DNA of 61,940 nucleotides, counting the filler, from Collodictyon triciliatum (Eukaryota): NCBI GenBank assembly GCA_043381765.1. It is 4 parts of 4 records of this genome, joined end to end, with 100 filler letters (N's around TTAATTAATTAA, not from the genome) between each part and the next. Parts side by side here need not be neighbours in the genome. Positions count along the whole stretch, not along the records: positions 35,522 to 52,257 come from JBHJMP010000305.1; positions 52,358 to 61,940 come from JBHJMP010000306.1; 2 more parts are not named here. One strand, given 5' to 3'. Below are positions 50,101 to 61,940 of this stretch, piece by piece; within the stretch, counting starts at the first letter, position 1, and every line of letters begins with the position of its first letter. The notes under the pieces were generated by a model. It searched no databases and was not told where the DNA came from. It was given only the letters and a program-made list of their open reading frames with translations. A program made the position numbers and the translations under genes.

Positions 50101-51992
50101 CCTGTGCCAAGGCGAACACAACAGCCTTCTTGATGTTTTCGACTTTTCGGTATTCAAAAGATTCGACCAGTGCGAATATGTTGTTAAGGGCCTATATAGT
50201 TTATATATATTTCTATGGGTTATGTTACCTGTGTATAAGAGATTAAACATTACAAATTTTCAAGGTGAATTTTTTTTTTTNNNNNNNNNNNNNNNNNNNN
50301 NNNNNNNNNNNNNNNNNNNNNNNNNNNNNNNNNNNNNNNNNNNNNNNNNNNNNNNNNNNNNNNNNNNNNNNNNNNNNNNNNNNNNNNNNNNNNNNNNNNN
50401 NNNNNNNNNNNNNNNNNNNNNNNNNNNNNNNNNNNNNNNNNNNNNNNNNNNNNNNNNNNNNNNNNNNNNNNNNNNNNNNNNNNNNNNNNNNNNNNNNNNN
50501 NNNNNNNNNNNNNNNNNNNNNNNNNNNNNNNNNNNNNNNNNNNNNNNNNNNNNNNNNNNNNNNNNNNNNNNNNNNNNNNNNNNNNNNNNNNNNNNNNNNN
50601 NNNNNNNNNNNNNNNNNNNNNNNNNNNNNNNNNNNNNNNNNNNNNNNNNNNNNNNNNNNNNNNNNNNNNNNNNNNNNNNNNNNNNNNNNNNNNNNNNNNN
50701 NNNNNNNNNNNNNNNNNNNNNNNNNNNNNNNNNNNNNNNNNNNNNNNNNNNNNNNNNNNNNNNNNNNNNNNNNNNNNNNNNNNNNNNNNNNNNNNNNNNN
50801 NNNNNNNNNNNNNNNNNNNNNNNNNNNNNNNNNNNNNNNNNNNNNNNNNNNNNNNNNNNNNNNNNNNNNNNNNNNTTAAGTGAATGTTCTCCCTTCAAAC
50901 AATACATGATTATGATTGATGATGAATTTACATGCGGGCTTAGATTTTTTAGACAGAGCAAAGGTGAATATAAAAAAGAAATCATCAGTATATAGTCTTT
51001 TGGGCAGTTTCAGCAAAAATTAACCTCGTAGACTCTCCCAGATTTTATCAACTCATGAACCTTGTCGCATGTCAACAAAAGCCCGTCACAAAATACCTTC
51101 AAATGTTTGCTTTCTATCATATCTGTTTCATGCAGGTATAAGCAGGTGAAAACAGTCTGTGCCACAGGTAAACCATCGTAGTATGCCGCCTATTAATATT
51201 AATGAAAATAATAATACAGCAAATCATTCTAAAGAAATAAATTGGGGTGATCAATAGGTCCACATAGATTGCATTTATTTATTTTCCTCTTTCTTTTTCT
51301 TTTTAAACAACAAGAACAACCTCTAGACACATTATCTCGTCCATCACTGTAATCACTTGCTGGTTATTCAGGTCGAGTGGTATAAGGCCTTTGCTGAATC
51401 TTTCATCGAACGGTAGTGATTGGCCAACTTTAACCCCGGCATCCATCTTAGGGTCCATCATCTGATTATTATTTTTTTTTGTATCCAACATGAGACTACA
51501 TATCGCCGCATGTAGAAATACTCACCATATCAAAAATGTTTTTCATAGCTTACTTTTTCTTTTTAAGAAGCAATAAAAATAATGAAAATAGTAATAAAAT
51601 AACGATAATAGTAATAAAATAACGATAATAGTAATAAAATAACGATAATAGTAATAAAATAACAATAAAGATATACTCATTCGATATAATAGTGTTCTGA
51701 AGCATTTTGAAAACCTCAATCGAAAGCATGGCGTGGTTCATGGCGAATCCAGGGCGTTGCAGCAGTTCGCCGGCATAGAGTTCTAGTGTTCAGCGTTGTT
51801 ATTTAAATTATTAAAATTTTTTATACCGAAAACGACCCGTGTTATCATTTTACATTTCTTGTTCTTCGCAAGGCCATTGAGAGAAAAAGGTTCAATGAAC
51901 AACAGAAAATAGACAAAGGCATCCCGACCTTCACTTGCCTCCTCCAAATCCTTCCAAATATCGATCCAGCGGGATGACTCTGTCAACGTCAT
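47133..51992 (-). CDS. NAA35: N-alpha-acetyltransferase 35, NatC auxiliary subunit (Mak10); spans a 595-N gap
   Basis: WIDIWKDLEEASEELYAGELLQRPGFAMNHAMLSIEMMDPKMDAG...VMDEIMCLEAAYYDGLPVAQTVFTCLYLH; later LLGYELELYHPSEMSFISWW and FEYRMSPF..P; ends HRCLPVVAFD* (TGA at 47133). Confidence 0.92.
48198..48395. repeat. A5-7G purine repeat tract in an NAA35 intron
   Basis: Seen directly. Confidence 0.9.
51591..51663. repeat. 20-bp tandem repeat (GTAATAAAATAACGATAATA) x ~3.6, intronic
   Basis: Seen directly. Confidence 0.9.
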
Positions 51993-52115
51993 TAACAAGG
52001 CGAAAAATGGTTGGTTCTTATTGAAAACTTATGTCCGCAAGGATTTCATCGTTGGTGGTACGGTCAACAACGGTTATTTGGAGGTTATGGGTCATTTGGG
52101 GTTTGAATAACGGAG

Positions 52116-52257
52116 AAAAGAAAAGAAAAGAAAAGAAAAGAAAAGAAAAGAAAAGAAAAGAAAAGAAAAGAAAAGAAAAGAAAAGAAAAGAAAAGAAAAG
52201 AAAGAGAAAAAGAAAAAGAAAGAGAGAAAAAGAAAGAGAAAAAGAAAGAGAAAGAGA
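52116..52257. repeat. (AAAAG)n repeat at the contig end
   Basis: Seen directly. Confidence 0.95.
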
Positions 52258-52357
52258 NNNNNNNNNNNNNNNNNNNNNNNNNNNNNNNNNNNNNNNNNNN
52301 NTTAATTAATTAANNNNNNNNNNNNNNNNNNNNNNNNNNNNNNNNNNNNNNNNNNNN
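52258..52357. other. Artificial contig-joining spacer
   Basis: 44 N + TTAATTAATTAA + 44 N. Confidence 0.97.
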
Positions 52358-52416
52358 TACGAGCTCCTCAAGCGAATGGAAAGAAAAAAAAGAAAACAAA
52401 AAAAAAAAAAAATACG

Positions 52417-52456
<40 letters not shown>

Positions 52457-52511
52457 CGTACCCAACAATATCAGCGAACATGACACTTGCGTTAGGGTAT
52501 GTGTCAATTAC

Positions 52512-58042
<5,531 letters not shown>

Positions 58043-58913
58043 TTTAAGAAGTATGCACCTAGACAGTAAGGTGTATCTATCGTGCTGTTAGGGAATGGCT
58101 TCATTTTCACACTCGGTCAGGGGCTGAAGACAACAGCGAACTACACTCATATTTGAGTTAAAATTGTGTTTAAGAGGCTTGGCTTTCTTGAACTTTTGAT
58201 CGAATGCAGGGAGTTTAAATGAGTCTAGGAGCAGAGTTATTTCCCAAGGGATCAATCTGTCCCATATTCTAACTCGCACTATCGCAAATGATCGGCTTTT
58301 CACAGGACCGTGTGGAAGTGACGATGAAACATCTATGATTGAGGTGGCTTCTCGCCTCGCCCCAAAAAATAAACTATTCAGAGCCGATCTGTGTGGTTGC
58401 CGCTTTGTGTGATGGTATCGTTCGCGGGTCTCTCTCGGGCTGGATGACAATGTTTGACCGCGGAAGCACACAAAGGATGCAGTTCCAATACTAAGCGCGA
58501 CGCCATTGTATTCTGTTCTGTTTGCTGCGGTGGAGTTTGATTTATAGAGTACACGAAATCGTTTCTCCGTTGCGTATCCTATGTACTAGCTTCTGATATT
58601 TCCAACAAATTTCTGGAAATGCCGTTTCTTTTCTTGTTTGAGAATGATTGTAACGGAATTGGAATTGATTAATTGGTTCTGTCCTACTCTCACTAACACA
58701 TTTGCCTTAATTCTATGAAAAATCCGTCTGAGCCATACTTCCATATTTGCTATTTTCTTGTGTCAGAATGAACGAAAATGTACCCCAATTTAGTTAGCTC
58801 TTTGGCTTCAGCTGCATTTGATATAATTATGTAATTAGTTGCAATATTCATGTATAAAATCTTGAAGCAAATTAATATGACAATTATTTACACAAATTAC
58901 ATAATTTCCACAA

Positions 58914-59510
58914 TCAATGAAACATTGGCTGCTCTCCAGCCCCGTCGTGGTAGGGTCGGTTCTGGGATGGGGCGAAGCAGAGCAGGACACGTTTCCAAAC
59001 ACATCTCAAATTATTTCCTGTAAGAGGGTCATCGGTCTCTCGGGAGGAGAACATCCCTGCGTAATTCAACATATTAAGTTCTCCACCGCAAGCGAAGAGA
59101 GATGTGGGAATGTGTCGTGCGATATCTCCCACAGCATTTCCAACCCCTGCTACCCACGCAACCAATCAACCAGTTGGGACGCCCACCTGACCAACTCGCT
59201 ATGACTGATTTATTTCCACTGCTGGCCTCTCCACGGTAGTGTCTTCTCCTACTCGCGTTTGCTCTCTCCCATGCGCATACATCTCGCCCCTTTGTATGTC
59301 ATAACCTTGCTGAGCATTGAATCGAATAAAGGGGGAAAAAAAAACCTTTCTATTTGTGCGAGGTGATGGATGTTGGCTTTGGTTCGCTGGAGTTCCCTTG
59401 CATAGACGCTACTCGGTCGGTGGGTGGCGGAGAACAATCATAAGAGACGGACCCGAATCTGACAGATGTCACTGCTTTCAACCAAGGCGCAACAAATCCG
59501 TCGGACTGTA
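58914..59510 (-). pseudogene. Possible decayed LINE ORF2 3' fragment (CCHC zinc-finger region)
   Basis: GC-richer island in AT-rich intergenic DNA. One frameshift gives GWKCCGRYRTTHSH/LFAC followed by LRCVWKR, resembling C..CG..ET..H.LF.C...W.IWK.R; many stops. Confidence 0.3.
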
Positions 59511-59690
59511 GGGAAATACAAGAGCACTTCTCTTGAACCCAGCGGAGGGGGAATGTGATAAAGTAGAGAGAAAATAACAACGAAGCAGGAAAAAATAAAA
59601 CAAAACAAGAAAAAACAGGAAATAATACATGCATAAAAATGAGTCGAGCAGAATATTCGCTTTTTATACTAATTTTCACATTTTATAGTA

Positions 59691-61770
59691 CTAGTTTAAA
59701 GCAGCACTTTTTGATAAAATGCTCTCCACGTAGCACGCTTCCGTACCTTGAAGTTTTCTGAAGGAGAATTCACTCAAATCCCCTGCTTGTTGATAGACAA
59801 GGGAAGGTAAGGGTGTCTCTAGGTTACTTGTGGGAATTTGGGGAGAGGGCTCTGAGGTTGTTGAAAAATCCTGAGGGGTAATCGGTTGCTGAAGGTGCTT
59901 TGGAAGTTGGACGGTGGCCAGTGATTGGGATGATGTAGATTCAGAATCCAGCACTTGTGGGGTCTTTGGTGGGATTTCAGTCTCTGAGAAGATTTTTTTT
60001 GATTGCACACATACCTTCTTAAAGGGTTGTGTTGATAGTTGGGTTGGCATTGTTATGTTTTTGTGATACAAAGGTGTAGAGAGAGGATTATATGCTGACA
60101 TAGGAATGGAGCTTGGGGTGTTAACTTTGGTTTTGGTTTTAAAAATGATGTGATGGGGCTGCGTTGGTTGGGAAGGTGAACTGTAGGAATGAGCAACTGC
60201 TTGCATCGTCATTTGTGCAGATATTTCTGTAGTCTGCGAGATGGTCATACCTGGCAAACATAAAGAGGGTATCTCTGATGGGCAAGGCGGTGATGGCGCG
60301 TGTGTGCCAGTATTGGCACCAACTAGTACGCTTTGTTGTGGCATGTCTGGGTACTGATCAGCAGTAGGTTCCTTTGAGACGAGATGAGGTTGCCCACCAG
60401 AATGATTTTCGTAAACACAGACACCTTGCATTTTTGAAACTTCATGGCCCTGGGGGTTCGCATCATTTTTTTCTGTTTTGCTTGAGTTCATAGCTTTGTA
60501 GTATTGGCATTGAGAAATGACACTTGACAGTTCTTGGTCACAGTTTGTCTTGTCGATGTAACCATCAGCTTCATGATATTCACGGGCATCTGAAGTTTCC
60601 ACATCATCACAACTCATAAAGTAAATCATGGTCCTATTGGAAGATAAATAACAATGACTCTCAAAGTTTCGAATCGAGCGACAGGCTTTGATGCCGTCTC
60701 CTTGGTTGGGCATGTTCAAATCTAGTAAGACGAGATCAAATCTTTTATGACCCCTTTTGAAGCTTTTTTGAAAAGCTTCAACGCATTCAGGACCAGAATT
60801 AACAAAACTAATTGTATGACCACGGTCCTCCAAAAGAATTCTTATGCTTTCACATATCATAGTTGAATCATCGGCTATCAAAATATTCAAAGGATGCAAT
60901 TTCTGATCATTCGATTCCTTTTTGCATTGATATGCATCTTCGTTTAGTAACTTCGATATTGTATATTTAATTTGGCCATGTTGCAGCGGTTTATATATTT
61001 TTGCAGAGAAATGTGTTGTAACGTGTCTTCTATTGCCCATAACATTATTCGATAGAAGAACGAAATGAGGTTCATTCATTCGTTGCTTTCTCAGATGATA
61101 ATTGTCGGCAAAGAAAACGCCAAGAGCATGGTTTTGTGTAAATGAATCTTCTGTATCAGTATTGTCTGGAGGTATGATACCATCTGAAAGAACTGAATAC
61201 TCTGTCATTTCGATAGATGCATTTGGTTTAGATGACTCTTTTTCTCCTTCAAAAGCGGAAGCAGGACTTACTTTTGATTGTATCTTCTTTGCTAGATTTG
61301 TTTCGACTGGATAGAGCAAAGGAGGTAGCGTCATTCCTCGAAGTTTAAGTCTCTCTGTGTCATGACATTGAGGTGAATAGTACTGCATTTTTGCTTGACT
61401 TACTTTTCCAGATCCAATCGAATCATTTGGAATGATCTCTTTCAAAATGTCCCGGTAGCTGTGGTCTACAAAGATGATATCATATCGGTGCCTTTGTTTG
61501 GAGATAAATGTCTTCACCTCTTCTTCATCATTGTTAATGATATCGCAGGTTACTGGGTACTCTGTGTAACATTCAATCGCTCGCTGGGTGATGCCTGTTA
61601 CGGGACTCTCTTCCATGACTAAAAGTGCATTGATTCTGGGAAGATAAGAATTCTTTGTGATAAATCTTTGAATGGTTTTTGGAATGATTGGAATGCTAAC
61701 TATGAAAGTTGACCCAACCCCAGGCTCACTTTTTGGCTCTATCCTCCCTTTTAAAAGCTTAAGTTGTTGT
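59691..61770 (-). CDS. Hybrid histidine kinase, terminal exon: end of HATPase_c, interrupted pseudo-receiver, intact receiver, S/P/Q/T tail (5' partial)
   Basis: The frame stays open upstream of the Met at 61616 to an AG acceptor at 61771-2: QQLKLLKGRIEPKSEPGVGSTFIVSIP (HATPase_c end motif). Receiver NILIADDS..FDLVLLDLNMP..DG..IYFMS..ADGYIDK keeps DD, the phospho-Asp, S and K. Confidence 0.9.
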
Positions 61771-61842
61771 CTATTGTATTGATGTAGTTAAGGAAAGTAA
61801 GTCTTAGATTCCTCTAGGGGTAATATCGCAACAAGATATAGG

Positions 61843-61940
61843 GAATAAAAGAAGGAATAAAAGAAGGAATAAAAGAAGGAATAAAAGAAGGAATAAAAGA
61901 AGGAATAAAAGAAGGAATAAAAGAAGGAATAAAAGAAGGA
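61843..61940. repeat. 12-bp tandem repeat (GGAATAAAAGAA)n, intronic
   Basis: About 8 copies running off the window end. Confidence 0.95.

Noticed and set aside
59691..61616. 641-aa ORF as a stand-alone or bacterial response regulator
   Set aside because: The frame extends upstream to a splice acceptor and encodes the HATPase_c end; it has eukaryote-style low-complexity insertions and tail.

Overview
Eukaryotic, intron-rich protist-like genomic DNA; the gene set and long poly-A/simple-repeat introns are amoeba-like, but the taxon cannot be fixed from sequence alone. The window is four separate contigs joined by artificial 100-bp spacers (44 N + TTAATTAATTAA + 44 N at 8471-8570, 35422-35521 and 52258-52357), so adjacency across those points means nothing. 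Most ORFs in the supplied track are spurious; genes were rebuilt by hand from GT-AG exons. Contig 1: decayed LINE-like relics, including a frameshifted ORF1-like region between diverged inverted repeats, plus a gene joining an unrecognised N-terminal domain to a PHF5/Rds3-like six-CxxC module. Contig 2: 3' end of a HERC-type HECT E3 ligase, PI31/PSMF1 (with a GC-AG intron), a TPR protein, two head-to-head orphan coiled-coil genes and a 5'-truncated Piezo channel. Contig 3: ankyrin repeats followed by a formin FH1-FH2 (probably one gene), a cyclin-Y-like gene and NAA35/MAK10. Contig 4: a 3'-truncated TM-C1-TM-C2 adenylyl cyclase and the last exon of a hybrid histidine kinase. No rRNA, tRNA or CRISPR array was seen. 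No clear-cut new multi-gene system is demonstrable; the best leads are the inverted-repeat element, the PHF5-like fusion, the ankyrin-formin, the self-sufficient C1 cyclase domain and a strong within-gene GC gradient.
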